Assembly (NCBI GenBank): GCA_026023565.1 | Contig: JAPETS010000029.1 | Span: forward strand, 372,001-422,444 | Length of the DNA stretch: 50,444 nt | Reading direction: 5' to 3' | Source: Cirrosporium novae-zelandiae | Taxonomy: Eukaryota | Shown here: positions 22,329 through 34,803 of the stretch, in pieces | How the letters are laid out: every line of letters begins with the position of its first letter | How positions within the stretch are numbered: position 1 is the first letter of the stretch | The notes under the pieces: model-generated | The model's input: the letters and a program-made list of their open reading frames with translations, nothing else | What the model was told of the DNA's origin: nothing | Database searches by the model: none | Position numbers and translations under genes: made by a program

Positions 22329-23129
22329 CTACCACCTCACTCCCTCGCTTATTTCCCCTGCTTTATGATGTGCTTCTCCTTCTTGGCTCGCCTTACTCGA
22401 TTCACTTCCTTCCTTCTCCTCTAGTACAGGCCACAAGTCTTGGCTTGGCTCTCTCCATGACTTCGGCCTACGTGGGGGATAAGTCTTCGATCTCGTATGA
22501 TTGACATTGCGACTTCGGCCTCGGGAGGGAATCCGAGGTGAGTTGGCAGGAGTTGCAGGCACGAAATCCTGAATTGGGTGTAGACGCGTAGAGTCAAGCG
22601 AGGGAGCGAAGACAGGGGATGGTGGGGAAGAAGGATATTGTGGGGAGGGCGAACGGGAACAGACGCGGGGCTGGTCTTTGTGGTTGCGTCGGTAGAAAAG
22701 ATGGGCCCGTTTTTCGGAGAATTTAAGAAGAAATCGGTTTAGAATGGCTCTTGGACTCCGAGAAGCTTGGGTCACTGTTGAGATCTTCCCTTTTGGATGT
22801 CTTAATATCTTTTCGTGTCCTTTTGGTTTATTCTCATCATCATCCCGACTGCCCCTCCTCCTGTGGAAAGGAGGAGAGTATGACCGTGAACTCCTGGTAT
22901 TGGAAGAGGACTTGGACTTGTGCTTCAGTGGCTTTCCTATCCCGGCACTGAAGTATTCCTCCAGGATGCCATCATCGGTAGGATCTGCGGAAATGAAGAA
23001 CGCGAAAGGGTTCGCATCAATGCTGGAGGACTTTATGATGGGAGCTGGGGTAGGATGAGAGCGGAGAGGTGCCCGAAGAGGGAGTGGAGGCCATGAATGG
23101 CTGCGTTGATGGTGGAGGGAGAATGTCAT
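22329..23129 (-). CDS. Ser/Pro/Arg-rich hypothetical protein, 266 aa
   Basis: 801-nt ATG ORF. Short ordered-looking blocks (DANPFAFFIS; SWREPSQDLWPVLEE) within a disordered sequence. No domain recognised. Confidence 0.7.
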   Translation of the reverse strand: MTFSLHHQRSHSWPPLPLRAPLRSHPTPAPIIKSSSIDANPFAFFISADPTDDGILEEYFSAGIGKPLKHKSKSSSNTRSSRSYSPPFHRRRGSRDDDENKPKGHEKILRHPKGKISTVTQASRSPRAILNRFLLKFSEKRAHLFYRRNHKDQPRVCSRSPSPQYPSSPPSPVFAPSLDSTRLHPIQDFVPATPANSPRIPSRGRSRNVNHTRSKTYPPRRPKSWREPSQDLWPVLEEKEGSESSKASQEGEAHHKAGEISEGVRW

Positions 23130-24140
23130 TGTGTATTTACTCCGCGGCGGCCTTTTATTTCCTTTTGCCTCGAAGGTTAATGCCTGCCTTTTTCCTTACA
23201 TCTCAGGTAACGACTGGGAGATAGGACGGATAGATGGCCCTGATTTTACGACGCGATTACGAAGGGCTTTTGTCGCGTTGAGGGACGTAGGAAGCAAAAG
23301 GAAAGGATAAAAAGGTGGGGGATAGTGTCCATAAGAGGTGATTAAGTAGAATATGGATTGCCTAATAGTCGATAATAAACATGCCTTACAGATGACTCGA
23401 ACTTCTCAGGCACGAGGCGCAGGGCGCATATATTCGACGGGGTGGTGGGTAAGCATGATGAATTCTAATACACGTGAAGGGACTATAGAAGAGAGACGGG
23501 AAACAGAGTTCCGTCAATACGGATATATTCAAAGGTAAATTGAAATGAAAAAGAATTTTAGGTATGATAGGTGTCAGTAGTCAACATTGCGAGCATGGTA
23601 TAGTTTTTGAATGCAGAGTATGTACGATGTAGCACAGAATGCTCGATTTCTATAACCTATCAGCAATCAGGCAACATTCAAGTAGCAACAGGAGGGTTTG
23701 GAAGGTTAGAAATGGATTAAAAATGATAAGCACCAGGATTGTGAAGGGCGACCATCAGGCATTATCAGAGGGCCAACATTGGACCATAGGGACATTAATG
23801 AGCCGAAAAAGGACCAACTGAGGTTGGATTTTGGTAGGGTTGAGGCGATTCCGGGGGGGGCTTGTATTGCTCGCATGACCTAGTGAGGTGGGTGGGTTGG
23901 TGTGTCACTGCGAGTCATTGGAGGCATTTGGATTATACATCTGATTATCCCGTCTGATAGGCTGAGACACATCAACTGCCCTGCATGATGATAATAACTA
24001 ACGTTTATTAGAAATTTCAAGGGGCACAAGGTTGAAGAATGAAAAAGGAAAAAGATATAGGAAGTGGGTGTAGTGAAATGAAAGATGAAAGGTGGGAAAG
24101 GAGTAGGTGTACATGTAATTAAGAAAAGAAAAAGGTGGAG

Positions 24141-24359
24141 GAAGTTGGATGAAGTTGGATGAAGTTTGATGAAGGTGGGCTGAGGTGGGATGTCGAAGGC
24201 CTGAGGCAGAGATAGTTGGAATATCTTAGATAATTGCTTTGGTAATAGCTTAAGTAATAACTTAGGAAATAATTACTGTAATTAATTAACTTTAGTCATG
24301 ACTTGAACTAATTACTCTAGAGTAGACTGGACATGACTGGACATGACTGGACATGACTG
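24141..24359. repeat. Two short 10-bp tandem repeats: (GAAGTTGGAT)x~3 at 24141-24174 and (GACTGGACAT)x3.5 at 24325-24359
   Basis: Read directly; an AT-rich spacer separates them. Confidence 0.8.
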
Positions 24360-25120
24360 CAATAGATAATTAGTTGAACTAGACTAGACTAGTCTAGGCA
24401 GGTGATTGATTGATAAACGCCTTCTAAGCTTTTCAACTTTAAAAAGTACCAACGTACATGTAACCTCTCATCATTCGAGTCTTCCAAAAAAGCCTTCCAC
24501 TCAGCCATCAACAAGTCAGGAAGATGCCGACCGGTCAGATCTTTCCGCCCCCTCCCCACCGATTGTACAACACGAGCAGCATCTAAATCTCAGATCTTCC
24601 CCCGTCCAATAACCTTCCAATAACCTCGGGGTCTCATGGTGCCATCGCACCCTCTTTTCCCTGTTTGTTACTGTGGACTATTCACTCTTTAAGAAATACT
24701 GCAAGGGACCGCGGACGACACATCATAAGTGACATAACTATGACATTTTCATACTGTTTAAACTACTTCTTACACGTGGATCCATTCCAGCCAACCTACC
24801 GAAGACCTCCTCTTTAAAAGCTGCCAATGTTGAAAAACAATAAAAGTCAAAAATTTTCTCCAGTGCCGCCCCCCCATCTTGAGTTAATTATTACCATTTT
24901 CTTTTCAAATCTTCCCCCAGACCAACCAGGACCAAAGGATATTGAAGAACGCCTCCCCTCCCCCTAAATCTACTACCGGACTCCTCATATCCTTCCACCC
25001 CCTCACAGAACACAGAGCACAGGACACAGAATACAAAAATCCCCATTTAGTACCATCTAATTCCATCTATTCTCCTCCCGTTAAAGTGACCGGAATAAAC
25101 CCTGTTTGTTTTTGGACGCC

Positions 25121-25609
25121 TCATCCATTAATAGGAACGCCTCTTCGACGAAGATCTTCAATGATTTGTTGTGCTGCCACAGCTGAAACCGCGTCAGAAC
25201 CTTTTCTGTCTTGAATTCTTTTGCACCCACCCTTCTGTCCAACACTGGCTCCATTAGAAGCCTCTATGACCTGAGAATCGATAGTCCCAAGGTTGATACT
25301 ACCGTGCTCCATGCTTATTAGTGACATTCGAAGCTTATATTTCCCGACTTGTCGAATGCTGAGGCCTTGGAAGATGGCATAACCAGATGCATTCTCATTC
25401 CCATTTTCAAGGTAAAGTGAGGATGCTGGCTTTCCACCGAGTAAGTCGGTCCGAGGAGGCGCTAGTACTTCACTACCATCCTCGCTGACCAGTGAAGCTA
25501 ACACCCACACCTGGCTGAGATCGTGTTGTTGTGGGTGTACTCGGATGACCACATGTGAAATAGGGGAATTGGGGCGTATAGTCGCACTTGGCTGCAGTAT
25601 GAATTCCAT
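25121..25609 (-). CDS. Small velvet-like domain protein, 162 aa (true N-terminus may lie further upstream)
   Basis: LLGGKPASSL...GYAIFQGLSIRQVGKYKLRMSL...IDSQVIE matches the velvet C-terminal consensus (L.G...SS...F.F.DLS[IV]R..G.[YF]RL.F.L...S..F.V). (YR)MEFILQP resembles the N-terminal Y.L.[IV].QQP strand. Confidence 0.75.
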   Translation of the reverse strand: MEFILQPSATIRPNSPISHVVIRVHPQQHDLSQVWVLASLVSEDGSEVLAPPRTDLLGGKPASSLYLENGNENASGYAIFQGLSIRQVGKYKLRMSLISMEHGSINLGTIDSQVIEASNGASVGQKGGCKRIQDRKGSDAVSAVAAQQIIEDLRRRGVPING

Positions 25610-28600
25610 CCTGTATGAAGACTGCGAAGAAGTGGTACTTCGTGAGAGATTGACTCCTTCGTCTTTGTCGAGGACGTAAAGAACGCTGGACGATTACTCT
25701 GCTCTTATCTCAAGATTTCGACGTTAGGCTCTGTTTTTCGAACTAGCCTATCTGAGATTACTACCAAGATCCGAGTTAGTAATGTTGCTATCTTTGGTTC
25801 TTCTTAACTCTGTCTCTATTTTCTTAGGGTTTTGCACAGAGGTCTCTCTTCCTCCTTGATTTGGTTCAAGGCCAGAAATGTGGGAAGAATGTTGACGGGG
25901 TCTATCGAAGACTAGCCCTACTGTCAGGTTTCGTCGCCCAGGTCCCGAGTTTTGTCGATATGTTGCACTTGAACTAAATATTCTATGTCGTTCTCTTCCT
26001 CTTGGTATGGGATGAATGAAACCTGTCGTGAAATGTTAGTCCGATTCTTGACCGAAATTGTGCCTCTCATAGACTGCCATTGGAAATGCAGTGCTATGTG
26101 AGCATTTATGTAGAGATGCTTTCAAAAAAGACTTTGAAGCCCGTACACAAGAACTGCAGCGCAATCATCCAATCCGACCGGGGGATGATATCCTACAGCG
26201 ACTCGTTCCAAACTTCCACCTTATTATGAAGAGGATTTAATATTAGAATCCGAGGTACCAGTCCCAGCCCAAGGCTAGAGACGCCCTATGGCTTACTGTC
26301 AACAAGGGTATAAGAAATTACTGCATCCCAGCAAATGTCTCGGAAATGAAAGAACGCCAGATAAAGAGAAATCAAGAGTTCTGAGTCACTTTGCAAAAAA
26401 AATTGATAGAAATGCTAACCTTGGTGTTGGAAAGATGGAAGACCTCAGCCGAGGCTTGTTCTGACCTTTAGGAGCTGGCTGATCTGGTCCACTTGGACTT
26501 GTTTGTTCCTAGATATAGCGACACCACTATCATCAGCCAGCAGATAAAAAGCAATGAGGAGGGTGTTTCGCTTTCATACCAATTGAGGTTAAGATTGATA
26601 ATATGAATAGCCAAAAGTTATGTTATCCCTTCCGGATAGCTTTTGGATGAAGATAAGGGGAAAATGTTGATTCATTCCTCGCCGGCATCAAGCTACCTTT
26701 TTATAGCTTCATCCACATTGAAACAAGAATCCCTTAAGGATCCACACAACCTCGTTTGATGAGGCTGAGTGCCATTCTCATTCCATTTCGAGAGATAGGA
26801 TGCCGAGTTTTGATCCGGTTAATTATTGCTTGTTAGATCGACAGACATATCTCTAGGTTATTCAATACGAGAAATAACCAAGCATAAACCTGCAGCTTGA
26901 TGTGATGCTTGGTGGCGCATGGATGGACCTATCTGGGCGATGTGGGCTCCACACGACATGATTTCAGCCTGGACAAATTTGATATGTGGTCCCTCGAGGT
27001 TAACTTTAGCAAACAGTTCGTTAGTTCATCATGAACGCCAGCTAGTCCCTACGTCAATGCTTGATTCACCACCTTATCCTTACGTCTACACTTACTTCAT
27101 TCAGTCAGTCAATTTTACGTGCTCATTTAGGTGTTCTCGAAATGATTCGGCGAGACATCGCCAAGCTCGGTCTACTCACGGGCCCTTACGGATGGGTTCA
27201 ACACTTCAATGTGAACGCCATGGCGACTCTCGTGCTTTCCAATATCTAAGGGTGATGCGAAGGTAGACCCAAACATGGGTTAGACGGATCGGTATTACAT
27301 GGACTGGGGGATCCATGGATCTTACCTGTCATGCTGCAATGGAACTTGATCGGAAAGCCGCCGTACGCCACGGAACTCCAAAGCAGATCAAGGACCCATG
27401 TTCCACCAAAGAGAGTTTATAGATGGTTTAGCACACCCGCGATGAGGCCGCGCTAAGCGCTTCCGTCCCAGATCCAAAGCAAGCCAAGACAAATTGATAG
27501 ATTCCAAGCCACCGAATGTGTCCGAGTGTTCCTGGCAGAATCTGGACTCGTCGATGTTTGTCATGGCGTTGAGCATTACAGTGTGATGGCGTCGGGAGGG
27601 ACGCAATTCAAGGATGAGGCGTAAGCCCCATCGCCAATTTTTACGATCATTTTGTTTCAGCGCCAAGATACGTTGAACGCAAGGCTGCAGTTGGCCGTTT
27701 CCGATCCCGTGGTTCAACTTTCAGATCTCGGCACTGCGTCCCTGGCTTCAGATCATCGTTTCGACACTCTGCCAGATCCATGGAATACTGGAGATCCTTT
27801 CCTTAATTGTCTCACATCCGCACCGCAGTCACACCAGTATTTACTCGATACATATTGATGAAGGACTTTTAATCAACCAGTTCTACTACACATACGAATA
27901 CTTGGCACACCTCCATACAGTGAAAATATATTCCCAGTGTCGTCAGCCGGATCAGGAAAATGGTCTTATTCCTCAAAACTGAAATGACGTTGCAGGCGTC
28001 CCAGAGCCCTACCGAGGAGATCCGTACTAGACATTATATTTTCCCAGAGTCGCTAGACCGAACCGACGTCTTTGCCGATAGAATAAACCCGTTTCCCGAT
28101 CTTTGGATCCTCCGGAACGTTCCCGTTCAACCAATCCCTTGGTCCTCGTGTGCTGGAATGGATCAGATCCTATTCCGACGCTCCCCCTCCGGTAATTGAG
28201 CCTTCCTGGTAACTATTCTCATTGGAAGCCTAATCGGCAATCATGCCTTATGGGATTCCAAGTATCCGTTACCTTTGCAACGTTAGTTGTCATGTCACTA
28301 ACTTAATAATTTTCATTATGCCTACGCTATATTTACAGTGGCTTTCACTTCCCGTGAAGATGAGGCTTTGCCATTATTTATATTTCACCTTATTAAAGTG
28401 GGATTGTGCATATACCTAAATCCAATGTATGGTTGTGATAGACTTATCCTTGGTAGCCACCGCTTAAGGGAGTTAAATCTTAGCCTCATGAACGTCGATT
28501 GCTCGCATGGCTTTCCCAACTCTGTTTTTTTGGGGCGAGGGGGGTGGCATGGCTTGTGGTTACACCATCTCCTGGGGAATATCCCTATTGGTAAATGAAA

Positions 28601-31600
28601 AAAGCTCCCCGCTTCGCCCATTACTAGCATGATATCTAATATCCTCTCAGAAGTACTCTTTCCTTGGTTTTCTGTGTTACCCCTACTCCGCTTTCTGTGC
28701 CTCAAAACGCCCTTAATGGATTACTGATCAAATCTTCAAGATGGCAAATTCCGATTCGATAATATAGCCAACCAAAATTTCGCATCACTGAGACAACATA
28801 GAGGGAGTATCTATATGTTGAAGTCGACAAGTATGCACTGGGAATAGCTCCAAAAAAAAACCAAATTCAGCCACTGGCAGGCTGCTAGTGCATAATTTTT
28901 CTATGTTGGCTATTTGGTATAATCGATAGAATCTTCTTGAAGGGCCCCATTTATTAACCCTTGCCATTTGCGGATGTCCTTTGGTTTCATCCACATCATG
29001 AGGCAAAGTTGCACAGCTCAAGCCAATCCCCGGCCAAGATACTGCCACGGTTCATGGGATAGTAACACTATCGCATAGGTCCGTCATGCAGCATCATCAT
29101 GTCATTCTTCTGGGCCGAAAACAAGAATCCTCGTTGAGGAGGGCAATCAGCTAGTTGTACCCAAGCCCCATTTGGAATTGGGCCAAAATATAGGTCTTTG
29201 TTTTTATTCCTTTGAAAGAGGAAATTGCAGCTAAATTAGGAATGAAGGGAATTTTCATGGCTTGAATCTATCAAAGATGAAAGTGGAAAAAATCTTTGTT
29301 TCTATTTTGGATCGGTTTGGCTGTAGCTGGTCTTCCCATCGTGCCCTCCGACCGCCGAGTTGGTGCAATCCCAGCCGAGGTCAGCTTCATCACTGTTTCA
29401 AGATGCCGCCCCTCCTCTTTCTCGCTCCTATCAGCTGTAAAGAAACTCACCTTACCATCTTTGCAAACAAATCTCTCTCCAGCCTGAAGCATCTGAACTC
29501 ATAGAATTAGACGACGACATGTTTGCTATTACGCCTCAAAGGATGCTAAGTGTTGGGTGCTAGGAGTACGGGATCCTGTGTTTCGCCTCCACCTCCAGGA
29601 CTGCCCCTCTTAAATTTCATATTTGCTTGGGCACCTTCAAATTTCTCTTCTTACGGCTAACACCCGTCAATCCGAACTAGTTCTCAGGGTTGCTAGCAAT
29701 CGTTCCGCAAACAATACTTGCAGAGAAGAACCTTGATGAAGCTTGAACTACAGCAAATTGGCATTTCTGCTGTGCATCGGAGACAACCTAACCCTCTAAG
29801 AACATATGCCTATTCGCCTCGAACTTGCGATGTGTGACATCAACAAATTAGGGATGGATTGGCAAATCAACCGGAATTGTACTTGAAGAATACTTAGCTG
29901 ACATGCACAATTGGCCAGCTACATCATATAACCAGGTTACAACACTACCTCTGGTGAATTATGGCAAGGGACAAAAAAGGTAATTTCGACTCTCTAACCT
30001 ACCTCAACATTAGATGGTGACGAAACGGGAGAGTACCCCTACCCTCGACGATGAACGACAATAAGAAAATATCGCACGCTTATCTTCTGCACATTTCCAA
30101 AAGAAACGTTTCCGGGACCCTGCAGATTTTCTCAATATTCAGGTACCATGTTTCTATCCCTCGGACGTCCATCAACCTCCGTTCATGGATGCTCAGGGCC
30201 TAGAATTGTTAAAGCGGCCGTAGGGCTTTTCTTCACGATTGTGAGGCTATGGGATCATCATCCCTATGCATAAACCTTAATCCTTGAACCCACACACTCC
30301 TTGTTATCCACTTCTTCCCCTTCCCTCGTCATACTGCAGGCATCAACATCCAAATCCACCCCCACAAATAATCCAACATCCACCTTGACAATATTCTCAA
30401 CCTAATATTATTTAATCCAGTCTGTCAATATACCTCTTCAACCAACAAACCCAGTCATTCAACCCGCGCGAAACATTAAGTGACCTTCCATGAAAATATT
30501 AACAGCCAGAACCTGAATAAATTAGACCATGACATAAAATCAGGGCAACCTAAAAACAAAATCGCCACGCTCATATCTATATCGACCAAAACGCGAAACG
30601 ACACAGCCCCTAGGCCTTCACACTTACAATTCCACTCCCACGGGGCACAATATCCCTCACCAGATTCCTCCTATTCTGCAAACAATCATTTCCCGCACTT
30701 GAGAAGATAAAAAGACAGTCTTCCTCCACTTCTTCAGTATGGCATCTTTTGACCTAACCACCTGACAAGACACACCAAAAGGCACCATGAGGTTCTGATC
30801 GTAACGATACACGTGACCTGCGCCCAACAAATAATAAGTCAACCGAGCAATCAACCAACAGATCAATCCCCCACATAAAGTAGTATACTACACATGAATG
30901 AACCCATGAATGAACAACAGACATAACTAAAACATAAACGCGAAGACAGCCCCGAGGGACTGACAGACCCCAAGGGCATCATCATCATCATTATTATTAT
31001 TATTATTCATGTCTCCCCATATAATTAACCAGTGATTGATTTATGTACACGTTGTACATGTACGTCAGGAACCCAACTTAAAAGCGCCTGCCTATAAGTT
31101 AGTTATACCATCCAAGTTTTCGAGTGTCTTTTTATATTTCCGTCTGTGTTTGTGACTTGAATATGAGTAAGTAGCAGGCCCTACGGGTATTACGACTCAC
31201 TAGATGAACAAAATGCATACAAGATATTGTAGTAGCCGTTGTTGAGAATACGAACAAATCAATTCCACGCTTATTTATTAGACGGTGTCATTGCAATATA
31301 ATACTAAGAATGGTATTCACTCTCTTTCTTGTTTCAATTTTTTTAATTAGATTGGTTGGACATGATCAGGATTGCGATTCTCGGAATCAGCAATTACGTA
31401 CATAAACCCTTAGTACCGAGGCGCTCCCCTATTTTGCCTTCCTTCGCTTGTAGTACAAAAACCTTCCCTTGCATGGGATGATGCCCATATATACCGGTAT
31501 AGAACGCCAGTGCGGTGCAACAGATGAACAGAGGAAATAGTAAGACAACAGCAAGTCTAGGAGGTTGAATGATTTGATTTCGATGGTTCGAGTTGGGTGA

Positions 31601-31675
31601 ATTTGTCGGCACTTATTAGACCGCCGTCCCATATATACACCTTGTAACACATTTGTGGAAATACTGTCCACTCAT

Positions 31676-32387
31676 TTAAACGTCACCCCTCTCTCTTCGT
31701 ACCCCGTTAGAGCTTTCTCCTTGGCCCACAATCGTATCACGGACCTGTGTCTGGCCCTGAGCCGGATCGACCTTGCTTCCTCCCTCTGGTGGAGGTACAT
31801 ACTTTGGCGGAGGAGGATAATAAGGGTTGTAAGCTGGAGGTGGTGCAGAATATGCGTTCATGTAATAGCCTCCTTCAGGCTGGGGACCCGGTTGGCCGCC
31901 TGCACCAGGAGGGGGTGGTTGGTAGTACGGGTTGTAGTATGGTTGAGGGGTGTACCGGCGGCGGGGTACAAGCCACTGGATTATGTGTTAGTAAACGGAT
32001 TGGTGACGTGGGTATTGAGTCCCAGGCTAGTGGACGAAATCCTCATTGCAGTCTCGACTATTCTGCCAGCCGGCCTTGGCTATGGAGTGTTTTGAGGGGA
32101 GCCTTACACGGTGATATGCTAGGAGGGGCAGGCCCTTTTTGAGGCGGCGCTGGGCATGCCAGTAGCCGATAACGAAGTATAAGAGGCAGAGGAGAAATAC
32201 CACGGCGATGGTGATCCATTTGGCAGTATATGCTTCCTAGAAGGACAGTTAGTCCTCAAGGCTGAGTGATGTAAATGTGAGCGAGCAAACATACAGAGGA
32301 CCACCACCAACTATCGTCGTCGTCGTCGTCGTCGAAGTCATCGTCATCGTTGAAATCATCCCTCTGTCGACGGAAAATATACACCAT
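31676..32387 (-). CDS. RCR-family (resistance to Congo red) single-pass membrane protein with PY motifs, 173 aa; exons 32387-32295, 32236-32108, 31975-31676
   Basis: Introns 32237-32294 (GTATGT..CTAAC..TAG) and 31976-32107 (GTAAGG..CTAAC..CAG). Product: MVYIFRRQR-polyD-SWWWSSEAYTAKW, TM helix ITIAVVFLLCLLYFVIGYW, HAQRRLKKGLPLLAYHRWLV, then a Pro/Tyr-rich tail with PPAY and PPKY. Layout resembles yeast Rcr1/Rcr2 Rsp5 adaptors. The ORF track does not capture it as a whole. Confidence 0.85.
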
Positions 32388-33298
32388 GGTGGAAGTGGGC
32401 AGGTTCGGGAGGGGGGGAAAAATGGTTAGGATGAGAATAGATGGAGGAATACGACTTTAATTAAAGATGTTGCTTTTTAGAGAGGGATACGCCAGCCACG
32501 CTTGGCGATAACCCAACACAGCCCCAACCTGAATGGGTTTCACTGGAAACTAGGGGTATGGATATGAGGAAAGGATAATATTGACAGCAGATTATAGAAA
32601 GTAAAAAGACTGGATTGTGCTTTTTTGTGGATGAAGGAGAGTTCGCATGAAGTTGAAGATGTAAGGTACCCGGAAGACCCAAGGCTGAGACTTGGTCGGT
32701 TGTCGCAACTTCCAAAGTAAGAATCTGATACAAAGGGCCCCATCGGACCAACCGAGATAAAAAAAATGACGCTGAAGGTGACTGGTGACTAGTTGATTGT
32801 CACTCTGGTCGATAAAAGCAGCGGAAGGATATTACGGTTAAGGCGGCTGGGGAGGAGAGAACTGAGAGAACTTGAGCGTCTTTCTGCCAAGTTTTCCGCC
32901 AATTTCCTGCCGCGCCTACCAACCTTCCTTACCTAATTAGGTACCCAGCTCCATAACTAAAACCTCAGCCCCAATCATACTACTGGCTGCTTTAACAACG
33001 CCACAGCTACCTACGTCAATTTCTCTCTCTCTATCTTTGGATTTGTCTTTCGGCTTATTACTCTCTTTCCATCAACAATGCTTATATCATATACAGATAG
33101 GGGTTACCAGCCAGACTTAACAAAGGCCATAACCCAAGGTCATAACCTTCTGCACATTGGAAACATTTAAATACGTATAATCATACATAATAATGCTCTC
33201 TCCCCTTGGATCCATTTGGAAGAGGATATTTCTGCCGACCTTGCCCCTTGCTGGGCCGAAAATTACATTTGATCTTATTAAATGAATGTAATTCAGAA

Positions 33299-34267
33299 TT
33301 ATAGAAAACCACCTCCAGAAAATTTTGATCCGAAATCCGATGCACGATTTACCAACTCCTTCCTTTGAGCACGTCCAATATTTGCACCTCGAGCAATATC
33401 CTTTTCCCTATCAAATGGTCTGGCGCTGGGATCGTCCTCCTCATCTTTTTTCATGTGCTTCTGATGTTCCGCATATAACGAGTGGCCTCTATTCTTCTCC
33501 TATGGATTCATTATTAGCATATAGCCTACTTCGTACATCGGAATCCGAGTACGAACATTATACTCCTTGATTCTTCTCCTCGTCTCTTCGGATTCCTTGT
33601 CATCAACCTTTGGTCCTTCACCCACTTGATTGGCAGGCTTCTTCTTCCCCAGAACTTCATCCTCCAGCCGTTTCCGTTTCTGTTCCGGTGTCTCTGTCCA
33701 AATCGAATTGTCCGTTCCCGACTTCTGTGCTGGACCTTTCGCACCACGCCCAGTATTAAATTTACGGTTACGAAGTTTGGTCGGATCGACATGGGAGGTC
33801 CAATCAGATTGGGACGGAGGTATAAGCATCCATTCATCGTGCTGGGGTTTCTTGGGTTCGCTCGAGGCTTTTTCTATAGCCAAATCTAGGACCGTAGTTG
33901 TAGGGACAGTAGAATAATTGGTGTTCACCTGATTTCTTGATGTAAGTATTTCACGAGCACATCTCCAGCTGGCTTGTAGACTTACCGAGGGACCATCAGC
34001 GGAAGGCAAAGCCGGACCAAATTCATCATCGCTACTTTCTTCATCTTCGTTTGGTCTACCAATTGGCATTTCATCTAGGGGTGCGGGAGGGAGGGCTGGC
34101 CCTGCGACTCTTCGCCTTTTCTCGCCTCCATCAGAACTGGCTGGGTGTGATTCGGACGGGCTTGAAGGTCGCTCACGGGTAGACCCCGCTGCTTCCTCTT
34201 CTTGCTCGCGCTGACGCTTGCGCTTTGCAAGAAGATGTGGTGGTAATTCAGGTCCAACTGTTGACAT
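33299..34267 (-). CDS. DUF3752 / GPALPP-motif protein (GPALPP1-like), 284 aa; exons 34267-33986, 33928-33557, 33499-33299
   Basis: Repeated GPELPP/GPALPP/GPALPS motifs, DEWMLIPP and IWTETPEQKRKRL. After splicing intron 33500-33556 the C-terminus is RGHSLYAEH..DDPSARPFDREKDI..FGSKFSGGGFL. Intron 33929-33985 reads GTAAGT..CAG. Confidence 0.9.
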
Positions 34268-34803
34268 CTTGTGAACAAATGTTTCGGTAAATATGTACAA
34301 TAAATTATTACAGAGGCAGTAGTACGAAATAGCGGAGGTTACGTCGTCGGGTAGAAGAGCGGCATTCGGCAGTTAAAATAAGCTTAGAAGACGGACTAGC
34401 ACGGCTGCCCTGAATTCCAGGTTTTAAATTCTACTACGGTGCCTCAACCAACCAGAGCATACAGGTCAGGCCACCATTTGCTTAGCTCGGCTGACCATTC
34501 GGTGATTTTCAAAAGCACAACCGACCATACTAAAATATAATATTATTGAAAACCCCGAGGTCGACCGAGTTTTGTGGCACGTGCGCTAGGCCAGCCGAAC
34601 TAAGCGAATAGTAGGCCGACATGCGTACTTGCACTACTATTACTCCAGACAACAACTACATAAACACCAAATTCTATTAGACTATAACATGAAGCTAGGA
34701 TAGTGAAATATTCAATTCTTCATTCCATTGCGCGTTAATATACAGTTGCTCAAATTATCCTACGGTAAAAATCTACCATAAACGCCATTTTTTATAGGCA
34801 AAT

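Noticed and set aside
27575..27650. Minus-strand MIVKIGDGAYAS resembling a protein-kinase Gly-loop or DFG region
   Set aside because: A stop follows within ~25 codons and no other kinase motifs were found nearby.
34268..34300. ORF-track N-terminal extension (MYIFTETFVHK) of the DUF3752 gene
   Set aside because: It begins at a non-ATG codon; the ATG at 34267 (MSTVGPELPP) fits the family start.
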